DNA of 14,163 bases, taken from a virus (Duplodnaviria; Heunggongvirae; Uroviricota; Caudoviricetes). The stretch is taken from IMG/VR virus record IMGVR_UViG_3300026224_000024. One strand, 5' to 3'. This document shows, piece by piece, positions 1 through 7,241 of the stretch; positions within the stretch are counted from its first letter, which is position 1, and each line of letters starts with the position of its first letter. The notes below the pieces were generated by a model. The model did no database searches. It was not told the origin of the DNA and saw only the letters and a list, made by a program, of their open reading frames with translations. Both the position numbers and the translations under genes were made by a program.

Positions 1-71
1 GTGCTTTTGCCGTTACGCACCACCCCGTCAGTAGCTGAACAGGAGGGACAGCTGATAGAAACAGAAGCCAC
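1..71 (-). CDS. insA: IS1 InsA, N-terminal fragment (partial, runs off the window)
   Basis: Minus-strand translation from the GTG at 71-69 gives MASVSISCPSCSATDGVVRNGKS, the recalled InsA N-terminus with its zinc-finger CPSC motif. Confidence 0.7.
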   Translation of the reverse strand, partial: MASVSISCPSCSATDGVVRNGKS

Positions 72-126
72 TGGAGCACCTCAAAAACACCATCATACAC
101 TAAATCAGTAAGTTGGCAGCATCACC
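1..126 (-). mobile_element. IS1 left end (terminal inverted repeat plus first 71 nt of insA); element continues beyond the window's left edge
   Basis: The reverse complement of 1-126 reads GGTGATGCTGCCAACTTACTGATTTAGTGTATGATGGTG...CCAGTGGCTTCTGTTTCTATCAGC, which I recognise as the IS1 terminal inverted repeat and the start of insA. Similarity stops abruptly at 126/127 where the AT-rich target begins. Confidence 0.85.
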
Positions 127-394
127 CAATAACAGTATACTTTTTCATCACAATATCATCTTTCGAAGCATGAGAAATAATCTGGTTTGATAAAGTATAC
201 TTAAAAAATTTAGCAATATCTGGAGCGATAGGAGCTTTAATGATTTTAAAATCGAATTTATCAACAACTCTTGCGGTTCTACTCATACCCGCTTTAAGAT
301 GTCTAGTAATGAAATACAACGATATTTTCGCCGCATCATCATCCTTAAGTTGCTCAGCATACTCTAATAATTCTTCAAGCTTTAACATTTTCAT
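122..394 (-). CDS. Hypothetical soluble protein, distal gene of the AT-rich cassette; 3' end interrupted by IS1 (last codon and stop supplied by the IS1 end)
   Basis: 90-aa ORF starting at the ATG 394-392, which overlaps the upstream gene's TGA stop (ATGA). The stop TGA (124-122) and the last Gly codon lie inside the IS1 inverted repeat, so the native C-terminus is unknown. The locus is visibly AT-rich. Confidence 0.55.
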   Translation of the reverse strand: MKMLKLEELLEYAEQLKDDDAAKISLYFITRHLKAGMSRTARVVDKFDFKIIKAPIAPDIAKFFKYTLSNQIISHASKDDIVMKKYTVIG

Positions 395-1005
395 TCCTTA
401 TGGGATTCAGCATAAAAAAGTTTTGGGCCCACGTCCTCAACATCAAGAAGATCATCTTCCTCCAAATACTTTGATTTAGTCAAAACCATACCAGTGCGTT
501 TTTTGTCGCTTTCTAAATCCAAATATGTAACTTGATATAAAGTATAATTAATACTTATTGTAGGATTTATAAGTATCATGCTTGAATTAATATATATTAA
601 AGCCGTTACCGTTAACAATATTGCTATTGGTATAACATTAGTTAAAGTGGATAGATCCTGAAATACAAACGGAATTATATATGTAAAAAGATAGCTTATT
701 GATTCATTGTTTTTATTTTCAATATCTATAACTCTTACAGTTCTACCACTAGTGGCGCATCGACGTTTTATATTTTTTAAAAAAATTGTTAATCCTACAA
801 TACCAAATAATGATAATACACCAATGACACTGACCGCGCCAAAGTATTTAAAGAAAATAGTTAATGATTCAACACTTATACCTTTCCAATTTAAATAGCT
901 TCTATAAGTATACAATTGCACAAAACACATGATAAAGAATAGGGGAAGGTATGACACTATAAATAGCGAAACTCTAGCACCTAAATGTAGTTTATTTACT
1001 CTCAT
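391..1005 (-). CDS. Hypothetical integral membrane protein (about 4 predicted TM helices, ~58-aa hydrophilic acidic C-terminal tail)
   Basis: 204-aa ORF with an ATG start at 1005-1003. Hydrophobic stretches at roughly aa 12-31, 52-76, 103-117 and 123-146. Translationally coupled to the downstream ORF. AT-rich, unlike the rest of the prophage. Confidence 0.6.
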   Translation of the reverse strand: MRVNKLHLGARVSLFIVSYLPLFFIMCFVQLYTYRSYLNWKGISVESLTIFFKYFGAVSVIGVLSLFGIVGLTIFLKNIKRRCATSGRTVRVIDIENKNNESISYLFTYIIPFVFQDLSTLTNVIPIAILLTVTALIYINSSMILINPTISINYTLYQVTYLDLESDKKRTGMVLTKSKYLEEDDLLDVEDVGPKLFYAESHKE

Positions 1006-1267
1006 AACTACCCCACAGCCTACACGTCTAGTATTTTATGTTATTTCGAATAATTATGCATCAGATTACCATCCTACAATTGTGCATAAAACGAGCATTT
1101 TGCTGATTTTTCTGCGGATGCCTGAGACAGACAACCTCAAGCACCCGCAGCAATTCTACTTAACTCTCCTTTTCCCGCAAACCGTTTTTATCCCCATCGG
1201 CAAATCGAATACACCACCAGCGCCACCGCCATCGCAATTCCTACCGTGGTGAATGCCTCAGGCCGGG

Positions 1268-2062
1268 TCATTGATTCACCTCCTGCGGTGGTTCCGGTAG
1301 CGGCATCCAGTGAGTTGAGCTCTCTACTTCGACGCCGTCTTTGTCCACAAAAGCCATCTTATTCCCGCCACGAGTGGGGCAAAAAACCTTATCCCATGAA
1401 CCGGGGAATACATTCCCGAGATCATCGCGAAGAATCACATCGCAATATTCAGCAGGAACTGCATCACTACAGCTTATCCAGCCAGCCGGAGTTCCCGGGG
1501 AGCTGGTTGACGTTTCCGAGATTTCCCGAAAATTGTTGGTTGACGAATTCTTATTTTCCCGGAAGTTTCCGGCCTGAAGCATGGCGACGCGGCAGGCGTT
1601 CCAGCCATCAGCATATGTTTCAGTTACACCGTCGAGATGACAAGTAAGCAAATCCATTTCATCAGGCACTACCATCGCTGGCGGCGCTGCGTAAAGCGGT
1701 GTTATTTCTGCCCGAAAGTCACCTATTTCATGCAGTCGCACACACCGCTCGACTTCTGCTTTGTCAGAATACATAGTGGTGAACGTATTATATTCATTGT
1801 CAATTTGCGTGAAGGTTGCCTTCCACGCCACTGGCTCTGCTTCCAGTGATGCCAGTGCTATTTTGAATAACTCGCACTCTACCCATGCCATCTCTGAATT
1901 GGGGTGACATTTCGCAACCGCTATTTTTAATTTGGCTTCTTCAATTAATTGTTCTTTGGTTAATTCAGTTATTTCAGTTTTCCTTATATGGATTAATTTT
2001 GTTGTGTAGCGCCCTGAATGGTTCCCATACCATATCGATATACAGTTCAACAATCGGCTCAA
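1268..2062 (-). CDS. DUF551-like prophage protein (start uncertain: TTG at 2062 or ATG at 1891)
   Basis: The long ORF ends with GWISCSD...THWMPLPEPP, which I recall as the DUF551 signature of E. coli prophage proteins. The only in-frame ATG (1891) has no Shine-Dalgarno, but the frame looks protein-like back to the TTG at 2062. Confidence 0.5.
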   Translation of the reverse strand: MSRLLNCISIWYGNHSGRYTTKLIHIRKTEITELTKEQLIEEAKLKIAVAKCHPNSEMAWVECELFKIALASLEAEPVAWKATFTQIDNEYNTFTTMYSDKAEVERCVRLHEIGDFRAEITPLYAAPPAMVVPDEMDLLTCHLDGVTETYADGWNACRVAMLQAGNFRENKNSSTNNFREISETSTSSPGTPAGWISCSDAVPAEYCDVILRDDLGNVFPGSWDKVFCPTRGGNKMAFVDKDGVEVESSTHWMPLPEPPQEVNQ

Positions 2063-2192
2063 ATATTTTTCCGATTATCCAAATCAGAAACAGCAGGTTT
2101 ATCGGTATCATCAACACGATAAACAGAATGAGAAACAGAAATTCTGTTGTTCTACTCTTTCGCGGATATTTTTTTCTAAATAATGTGACCAT
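1974..2192 (-). CDS. Possible small single-pass membrane protein (72 aa)
   Basis: ATG-initiated ORF with a basic N-terminus followed by one ~24-residue hydrophobic helix (FLFLILFIVLMIPINLLFLIWIIG). It sits in an AT-rich patch between the Ea22-like and DUF551-like genes. No strong Shine-Dalgarno; could be a composition artefact. Confidence 0.3.
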   Translation of the reverse strand: MVTLFRKKYPRKSRTTEFLFLILFIVLMIPINLLFLIWIIGKIFEPIVELYIDMVWEPFRALHNKINPYKEN

Positions 2193-2286
2193 TCATTACC
2201 GCCCTTTCAGGCGGCCTCCCGATGTTCTGAGGGTGCAGAAATCCCTCCGGTTAAGGATTAAATTTTATTTACAACACTAAATTTAA

Positions 2287-2841
2287 TTATTCAGGCGCGC
2301 GAATCTGTTCCGCACAATGCAACAATGCTTCTGTCACTTCCTTAAGCGTTACGGTATCGGCATCATCCAGTCCTGCAACTTTTGCGTGCCTGACAAACGC
2401 CGCGCGAAGCTCGTTAAACGCCACCGCCCGTACATCAGCCAGGAAAGCATCTGTAGCCGAGGTTTGCGGCATACCTCCGTCTGTTGCGCAGATATACGCA
2501 TCAGATAGTTCATCCTGCTCGCCATCAAACACGTAGCAACTCTGTACGATAAATTTATTCAGCTCCGCATTCTCCGCCGCAAGTGCAGCAAGATTAGTCT
2601 CCAGCTCTGCAATGCGTTTGCTTTGGGCTTCCCGTTCATCAAGCACTGCCAGCACGGTAGCCGGATTGGCTGCTGCTATGAATCGCTTATTGGCGCGATT
2701 ATCTGGTCCTGAGCATGATGCTATGTAGTAATTTGCGTTCAGTCCGGCATCAGCAATTAACCCATAATCATCAGAACACCATTCGCCAGGGGTTGCATTT
2801 TCTGCCGCCATTCGCAGTGCCTGGTAATTAATGTTGCTCAC
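2287..2841 (-). CDS. Ead/Ea22-like prophage protein (coiled-coil)
   Basis: The track ORF begins at a TTG (2871). A better start is the GTG at 2841-2839, preceded by AGGAGGA and overlapping the upstream gene's stop. The N-terminus [21 protein letters not shown] and the coiled-coil [17 protein letters not shown] resemble recalled Ea22-like proteins. Confidence 0.55.
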   Translation of the reverse strand: MSNINYQALRMAAENATPGEWCSDDYGLIADAGLNANYYIASCSGPDNRANKRFIAAANPATVLAVLDEREAQSKRIAELETNLAALAAENAELNKFIVQSCYVFDGEQDELSDAYICATDGGMPQTSATDAFLADVRAVAFNELRAAFVRHAKVAGLDDADTVTLKEVTEALLHCAEQIRAPE

Positions 2842-3571
2842 TGGTTTCCTCCTGGCAAAGCTGGGCGACAATATCGCGATATTTATTCAGCTCCCGCAGC
2901 GCGCCACAGACTCGCTCCCATTTCCGGATATCACTTTTCGCCCGACGCAGTTCGCGGTTTGCCTGTCGCAGCGATGGCAGAACCAGATTATCCACTCGCT
3001 TCTCAAGCGGCTGCACAATGTCCGCCACAGTTTCTGTTTTAATATCTTCCTGTGTTGCAGCTTCCTGTACTGGTAACGCAACACATGCAGGCTGAGGAAA
3101 GGCTTTACCATCAGTTTCCGCTACCGATGCCGTTTTCGGCTCTGCTGGTAAATTACCGCCCGGCATGCAGTAACGAAATTTACCGTTCTGATTAACACGA
3201 ATCAGACGACCTTTGCTGATTGCCATTGCCAGCGTTGAAGCCACTTTGCGGGATGTTGTACCGAACAGCGTAGCCAGTTCATCCGCCGTTTGTGATCCGC
3301 GTTGTTCAATCGTCGCGGTTAAATCGCACTCTGAGATTTTCGCTACTGTCGCCGTGGTGGTTTCTTCCGGCTGTTCTTCTGGCGCTGGCTGTTCCTGCTG
3401 AACGTTGTTATCAGCCACACGCCAGGTGTATACGCTTTTATCAACGAAGCCAGCCTTTTTCAGTTCCCACAGCTCGTTCAGTACTTCTTCACGACTGATA
3501 TCAAGTCGCGCAGCCAGCTCTACCGACGTGGCTTTTCCCATCGCTTTCAGTGCGTCAAAAACAGTCTCCAT
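2828..3571 (-). CDS. Hypothetical prophage protein with two winged-helix-like segments
   Basis: 247-aa ORF with an ATG at 3571 preceded by GGGAGGA, 20 nt downstream of the ydaV stop. Two HTH-like segments (aa ~14-43 and ~93-124) and a basic helical C-terminus. Confidence 0.65.
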   Translation of the reverse strand: METVFDALKAMGKATSVELAARLDISREEVLNELWELKKAGFVDKSVYTWRVADNNVQQEQPAPEEQPEETTTATVAKISECDLTATIEQRGSQTADELATLFGTTSRKVASTLAMAISKGRLIRVNQNGKFRYCMPGGNLPAEPKTASVAETDGKAFPQPACVALPVQEAATQEDIKTETVADIVQPLEKRVDNLVLPSLRQANRELRRAKSDIRKWERVCGALRELNKYRDIVAQLCQEETSEQH

Positions 3572-3591
3572 AAATTTCCTCCCGGTAAAAA

Positions 3592-4338
3592 TTACTTTTC
3601 AATACCTGGCTGACCAACATTCGGGCGCCAGCTCTCCCAGTTAAAATTCACCCAGCGCCCGCCGTTCATGGTCATGCGATCCATAATCCGCTCGCCGAGC
3701 AATGTTTTCATGGCCTCATAGTTCAGGTTTGTCAGCATTCCCACGCTACGCATCGACGCTGTCCGTCGATCAATAATCTGGTGCAGTACCACCTGCTCGT
3801 TTTTCGTCTCGCGCTGAATGCCAATTTCATCAAGAACCAGCAGCTCCACTTCGCACAGTTCCCGCAAAAATTTTTCGCCTGACTGCCCGTCGTCATAGCT
3901 GGCGTGCAGGGCGCTCATAACATCAGCCACGGTAACCACAATCACTGTCTGACCGTCTTTCAGCAGGCGATTCCCGATAGCTGCCGCTAAGTGATTCTTC
4001 CCGGTACCAGGTTTTCCGCTGAATGCAAAATTTGTACACCCGGTCATCAGTTCATCGGCGATGGATTTCGCCTGGCTTAACGCGTATCGCTGGCCGTCGT
4101 TCTGCACCTGGTAATTCGCAAACGAGCATTTACGGTGCAACGGCTGGATGCCTGAGCGATTCAGAATTTTTTCCACCCGCAACTGGCGATTCAGGCGGTT
4201 GATCTCCTCGCTACGTTTCTGGCCTTCAGCAAGTTGCCACTCGCGCCACTCCGCAACCGTTCTGAATGGAGCGGTTACATGTGGTGGGGCCAGTCTGCGG
4301 ATACGCTCCAGAACGCCTCCTGTCGCAATATTTTTCAT
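3592..4338 (-). CDS. ydaV: DnaC/IstB-like AAA+ helicase-loader (YdaV-like)
   Basis: 248 aa with a Walker A-like GKPGTGKN and Walker B LLVLDEIG. Lies immediately downstream of the replication-initiator-like gene, as the P/DnaC gene does in lambdoid phages. Confidence 0.85.
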   Translation of the reverse strand: MKNIATGGVLERIRRLAPPHVTAPFRTVAEWREWQLAEGQKRSEEINRLNRQLRVEKILNRSGIQPLHRKCSFANYQVQNDGQRYALSQAKSIADELMTGCTNFAFSGKPGTGKNHLAAAIGNRLLKDGQTVIVVTVADVMSALHASYDDGQSGEKFLRELCEVELLVLDEIGIQRETKNEQVVLHQIIDRRTASMRSVGMLTNLNYEAMKTLLGERIMDRMTMNGGRWVNFNWESWRPNVGQPGIEK

Positions 4339-4344
4339 GGTCTG

Positions 4345-5133
4345 TTACCCCCTGAAGCCTGGCGGGATCGCACTGTCCGGCAACGAGACGGTGTTAACCT
4401 GTCGGAGCAACGTCTCAGGCCGAACACCTTTCGGCGCGAACAGGCCCTGGTATTCATTGGCGATGCTGTGTCGAATCACCTGCTCAGGTGTAAAACCCTG
4501 CTGACGGAATTTTTCCAGTTCCCGTATCGCCCCGTTAGCGCCCTGCTCCGTTCGAATCGGTTTTCGCAATGCCTGTCTGAACCGGACCCACTCATGCCAG
4601 AGTGTTTCCGGCAACCAATCGGGCAGCTCAATAGCCTCCGGCTCGAATTTTTTAGACGCTCGTTTTTGGCGAGGGGGATTTAGGGGGAGATCAGTATTTA
4701 GATCTTCCTCTTCCTCTTCCTCTGGTAACGCTTTTTGATCCGTTTGTGTAACGCCGGCAGCGTTACCTTTTCGTTTCAGTTCACGTATTTTTGTAACTCG
4801 CTCGTTTGTAACCGCCCGTTTTTTAGAGCTTTTTCCGTTATGGCGTTCAAAGTTAGGTAGAGAAAGCCCAACGTCATTTTCGACCAGCCATCCAACCTGA
4901 ATTAACGCATCAGCAAAACCAGCCATAAAAGTGATGCGATCTATTGCACTTTTTGTAACGCCGCGAGCGTTACAATCTGCATTACCGTCTATCATTTGTT
5001 GATCCGCCCATGCCCAGAAGCGAATAACCTTCCCTAATGCGGCATCTGGATCAATATTCAGAATCTCAGCAAGCCTGAATATTTCCGGCTTATCCGGCGT
5101 AATAACCTCGAGCTTTATCCAGTTTGAAGCCAT
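4345..5133 (-). CDS. ydaU: YdaU-like putative replication initiation protein (O-like; acidic inter-domain linker)
   Basis: 262-aa ORF with an ATG at 5133 preceded by AAGGTGA. It has a central acidic linker (PEEEEEED), and iteron-like repeats lie inside its coding sequence. Precedes the DnaC-like gene. Confidence 0.75.
   Translation of the reverse strand: MASNWIKLEVITPDKPEIFRLAEILNIDPDAALGKVIRFWAWADQQMIDGNADCNARGVTKSAIDRITFMAGFADALIQVGWLVENDVGLSLPNFERHNGKSSKKRAVTNERVTKIRELKRKGNAAGVTQTDQKALPEEEEEEDLNTDLPLNPPRQKRASKKFEPEAIELPDWLPETLWHEWVRFRQALRKPIRTEQGANGAIRELEKFRQQGFTPEQVIRHSIANEYQGLFAPKGVRPETLLRQVNTVSLPDSAIPPGFRG
4724..4813. repeat. Iteron-like cluster: palindrome GTAACGC-N5-GCGTTAC (4748-4766) flanked by GTAAC half-sites at 4724-4731, 4791-4797 and 4806-4813; candidate replication origin
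   Basis: Read directly from the sequence. The cluster lies in the DNA encoding the YdaU inter-domain linker, analogous to lambda ori inside the O gene. Confidence 0.45.
4955..4973. repeat. Second copy of the GTAACGC-N5-GCGTTAC palindrome
   Basis: gtaacgc cgcga gcgttac read directly, about 207 bp from the first copy. Confidence 0.5.
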
Positions 5134-5146
5134 TTGTTTTCACCTT

Positions 5147-5165
5147 GTAACGCTCGCAGCGTTAC
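5147..5165. promoter_or_regulatory. Third copy of the GTAACGC-N5-GCGTTAC palindrome, overlapping the ydaU ribosome-binding region in the ydaT-ydaU intergenic space
   Basis: ttgtaacgc tcgca gcgttaca read directly, ending 14 nt upstream of the ydaU ATG. Candidate operator or autoregulatory site. Confidence 0.45.
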
Positions 5166-5210
5166 ATTTAACTGATACCGAACAAAACAATCCGGCACGA
5201 TTAATTTCAA

Positions 5211-5633
5211 TCAATGCACTACGACAGAATCACCGGACGACCCACCACCGCTGAAATGTGCTTTCCGGTAAACGGCCTGGACTGCATCATCATGCGCATC
5301 AATTGCCGTACTCAACGCTTCCTGCGCCGCCAGTAATGCACGGCGTTCCAGGGTATCGAAGATGCAGAGTCGGTGACGCAGCTCGCGCGGAAGAATTGCC
5401 AGAACCGCAGGGATCAGTGTCTGAATTTTTTCCCTTTGCGCTTTCGTTTCACCTTTTAACCAACGGTGATAGATGTTCTGCTGATTATTCCAGTCCTTGC
5501 CTGGTACCAGGGGCAATTCGCCGCCCCCCTGGCGCAGATATTCTTCAGTAATTGCATTGGCTACCCATGCCTGCCCTTTTTCAGCGGCCAGGGCTAACAG
5601 CACTGATTCGATGTGCTCATGCCTGATTTTCAT
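5211..5633 (-). CDS. ydaT: YdaT-like protein (toxic partner of the RacR-controlled ydaS-ydaT operon)
   Basis: 140-aa ORF with an ATG at 5633 preceded by AGGAG. Overlaps the ydaS 3' end by 17 nt. Length and position match Rac ydaT. Confidence 0.8.
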   Translation of the reverse strand: MKIRHEHIESVLLALAAEKGQAWVANAITEEYLRQGGGELPLVPGKDWNNQQNIYHRWLKGETKAQREKIQTLIPAVLAILPRELRHRLCIFDTLERRALLAAQEALSTAIDAHDDAVQAVYRKAHFSGGGSSGDSVVVH

Positions 5634-5892
5634 GAATCAACTCCTGTGCATTTTGTGTGTTAGCCTTACATCCAACAGGTAAACCATCGGTCGGATTCGG
5701 GTAGATATCAGGCCGGAGTTCATGAGGTGTAACCTCGAAATTCGTAGCCTCTGCGATACGCAATACCTTTTCAGGGCTTAACTGACTACGTCCAGTAGCA
5801 ACGAGGCTAATCATTGATTGCGAACAACCAGCCAGCGCGGCCAAACAAGACTGTCGTACACGATTTTTTTTCAAATATTCATCTAATGTCAT
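5617..5892 (-). CDS. ydaS: YdaS-like Cro/HTH protein
   Basis: HTH-like segment QSCLAALAGCSQSMISLVATG. I prefer the ATG at 5892 (SD AAGGTGA, 6-nt spacer) over the first ATG at 5931, which has no SD. Divergent from racR. Confidence 0.7.
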   Translation of the reverse strand: MTLDEYLKKNRVRQSCLAALAGCSQSMISLVATGRSQLSPEKVLRIAEATNFEVTPHELRPDIYPNPTDGLPVGCKANTQNAQELIHENQA

Positions 5893-5996
5893 AAGGGTCA
5901 CCTTAGTAATATTCGCCAAAATATTAACCATACTAATTTAAATGATCAATACTTATATCAGTTTGAGATTATGAGCTGTGTTCATAAGATGGTGGT
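5893..5996. promoter_or_regulatory. Divergent racR / ydaS-ydaT control region with palindrome TAATATT-N6-AATATTA (5907-5926)
   Basis: 104-bp AT-rich intergenic region between divergent start codons. The palindrome is read directly. The TAATATT motif recurs at 6626-6632 upstream of ydaG. Confidence 0.5.
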
Positions 5997-6461
5997 ATGA
6001 GAAGAAAACGCGAAGAAATCGCATCGCCAGAAGCTACGCAGCGTCTACGCGGAATATGGGATGCAAAAAAAAGAGAGCTCAAATTGACTCAGGAGCTTGC
6101 TGCCGAGCTAATGGGCTTTGAGACGCAATCTACGGTTAGCCACTATCTCAACGGAAAGGCTCCACTTAACACTGATGCGGCATTAAAATTCGCAGTATTG
6201 CTAAGAGTTAAGCCTGAAGACTTGAGGCCTGATTTAGCTGATCTGATGAATTACGTCCGTTCATCTGGAACTTATGACGAAAGTTTCGAAGGCGAAGGGT
6301 GGCGGATGGTTAACAAGCAACAAGCTGATTTACTGGATCTTTTTGATATCCTCCCCGAATCAGAAAAAGCAAAACTAATCGAAAGGCTTAAAGGCCAGAA
6401 TGAACTCTACAAAGAAGCGTTTGAAAATATGCTGGCAGCTCAGAAACGCATGAAGAAATAG
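5997..6461 (+). CDS. racR: RacR-like XRE-family HTH repressor
   Basis: 154 aa with an N-terminal HTH (LTQELAAELMGFETQSTVSHYLNG) and a C-terminal coiled/dimerisation-like region. Divergent from ydaS-ydaT, as in Rac. Confidence 0.8.
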   Translation: MRRKREEIASPEATQRLRGIWDAKKRELKLTQELAAELMGFETQSTVSHYLNGKAPLNTDAALKFAVLLRVKPEDLRPDLADLMNYVRSSGTYDESFEGEGWRMVNKQQADLLDLFDILPESEKAKLIERLKGQNELYKEAFENMLAAQKRMKK

Positions 6462-6480
6462 CCCCCACTACCTCGTAACT

Positions 6481-6505
6481 AAACCGCCATCCCTGGCGGT
6501 TTTTT
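6481..6505 (+). terminator. Rho-independent terminator downstream of racR
   Basis: aaCCGCCAtcccTGGCGGtt stem-loop followed directly by a run of seven T residues. Confidence 0.75.
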
Positions 6506-6697
6506 TGTCCCCTGCGCCCCCATCGCCTTACTTTTTTATCAAAAAAAACACTAAAATTTTCATTAGGATAGTACATTTTTATCAACAAAATGCATATTTA
6601 TGTTGATCATCAATATGAATATAACTAATATTATTGCAGAAGCAGCACGGCGCTGTAGGTTTTAGTTCCGCCACCCGGCGTTAAGGGGAGAGATAAG

Positions 6698-6832
6698 ATG
6701 GTGCATTACGAAGTAGTTCAGTATTTGATGGATTGTTGCGGTATCACTTACAACCAGGCTGTGCAGGCTTTACGCAGCAACGACTGGGATCTCTGGCAGG
6801 CAGAAGCCTCTATCCGCAACAACAAAATGTGA
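6698..6832 (+). CDS. ydaG: Small protein, YdaG-like (44 aa)
   Basis: Not in the ORF track (below its size cut-off). AAGGGGAGAG Shine-Dalgarno 7 nt before the ATG. Translates to MVHYEVVQYLMDCCGITYNQAVQALRSNDWDLWQAEASIRNNKM. Size and position match recalled Rac ydaG. Confidence 0.6.
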   Translation: MVHYEVVQYLMDCCGITYNQAVQALRSNDWDLWQAEASIRNNKM

Positions 6833-6842
6833 GGTGCGAAAA

Positions 6843-6995
6843 ATGCAAAAAATCGACCTCGGCAATAACGAATCCCAGGTGTGCGGCGTGTTCCCCAACC
6901 AGGATGGAACGTTCACCGCCATGACTTATACCAAAAGCAAAACATTTAAAACAGAAACAGGCGCACGTCGCTGGCTTGCCAGAAATACTTGCTAA
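6843..6995 (+). CDS. ydaF: Small protein, YdaF-like (50 aa)
   Basis: GAGGTG Shine-Dalgarno before the ATG at 6843. Translates to MQKIDLGNNESQVCGVFPNQDGTFTAMTYTKSKTFKTETGARRWLARNTC. Follows ydaG by 10 nt. Confidence 0.6.
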   Translation: MQKIDLGNNESQVCGVFPNQDGTFTAMTYTKSKTFKTETGARRWLARNTC

Positions 6996-7193
6996 TCCAT
7001 TATTTGGATTAATTCAATATTCTCGCTGTAGGGGTATAGCAGAAACCACCAAAGCCCGGAGGTGGTGAAATAAAACCGGGCACAACACGAAGGCGCATTT
7101 CCGATATCCATAAAGAGTCGGTCTTGTCTGTTAAATTTAAATGGTGGGAGTGCGCCTCCGGTTGTGAATAACAACACTGCTGTGTGTAGTCTT

Positions 7194-7240
7194 GGCGGCA
7201 TCAGTTTTTTCTTGAAGTTCGACTGATGTCCGCCCTTTTT
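7194..7240 (+). terminator. Terminator-like hairpin (GGCGGCATCAG ... CTGATGtCCGCC, then CTTTTT)
   Basis: Imperfect 11-bp stem with one bulge and an ~18-nt loop, followed by a T-run. Read directly; the large loop makes this uncertain. Confidence 0.35.
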
Positions 7241-7241
7241 A

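Noticed and set aside
1-126. Possible cloning-vector (pACYC184/p15A-type) contamination at the left end
   Set aside because: The matching stretch is the IS1 terminal inverted repeat and insA start. That same sequence is present in Tn9-derived vectors, but here it ends exactly at the IS1 terminus and abuts native AT-rich prophage cargo. A natural IS1 insertion is the simpler explanation.
240-1252. Plus-strand ORFs 240-479, 707-898 and 929-1252 in the AT-rich region
   Set aside because: They are antisense to or overlap the better-supported minus-strand operon, have no ribosome-binding sites and show low-complexity composition typical of AT-rich DNA.
1246-2280. Plus-strand ORFs 1246-1647, 1341-1577, 1637-1849 and 1885-2280
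   Set aside because: They are antisense to the DUF551-like gene or the AT-rich patch. Their translations are rich in Arg/Ser/Pro or Leu/Ile/Phe, as expected for wrong-frame reads, and lack start context.
2317-5682. Plus-strand ORFs antisense to the Ea22-like gene, the 247-aa gene, ydaV, ydaU and ydaT (for example 2831-3076, 3213-3644, 4148-4683, 5258-5682)
   Set aside because: All lie within well-supported minus-strand genes of a contiguous operon and have no independent support.
6388-7201. Minus-strand ORFs 6388-6588 and 6992-7201, and plus-strand ORF 6733-6924
   Set aside because: 6388-6588 runs through the racR terminator. 6733-6924 is out of frame with the two well-supported small genes ydaG and ydaF. 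6992-7201 starts inside a hairpin and has implausible composition; I considered a sieB remnant but cannot support it.
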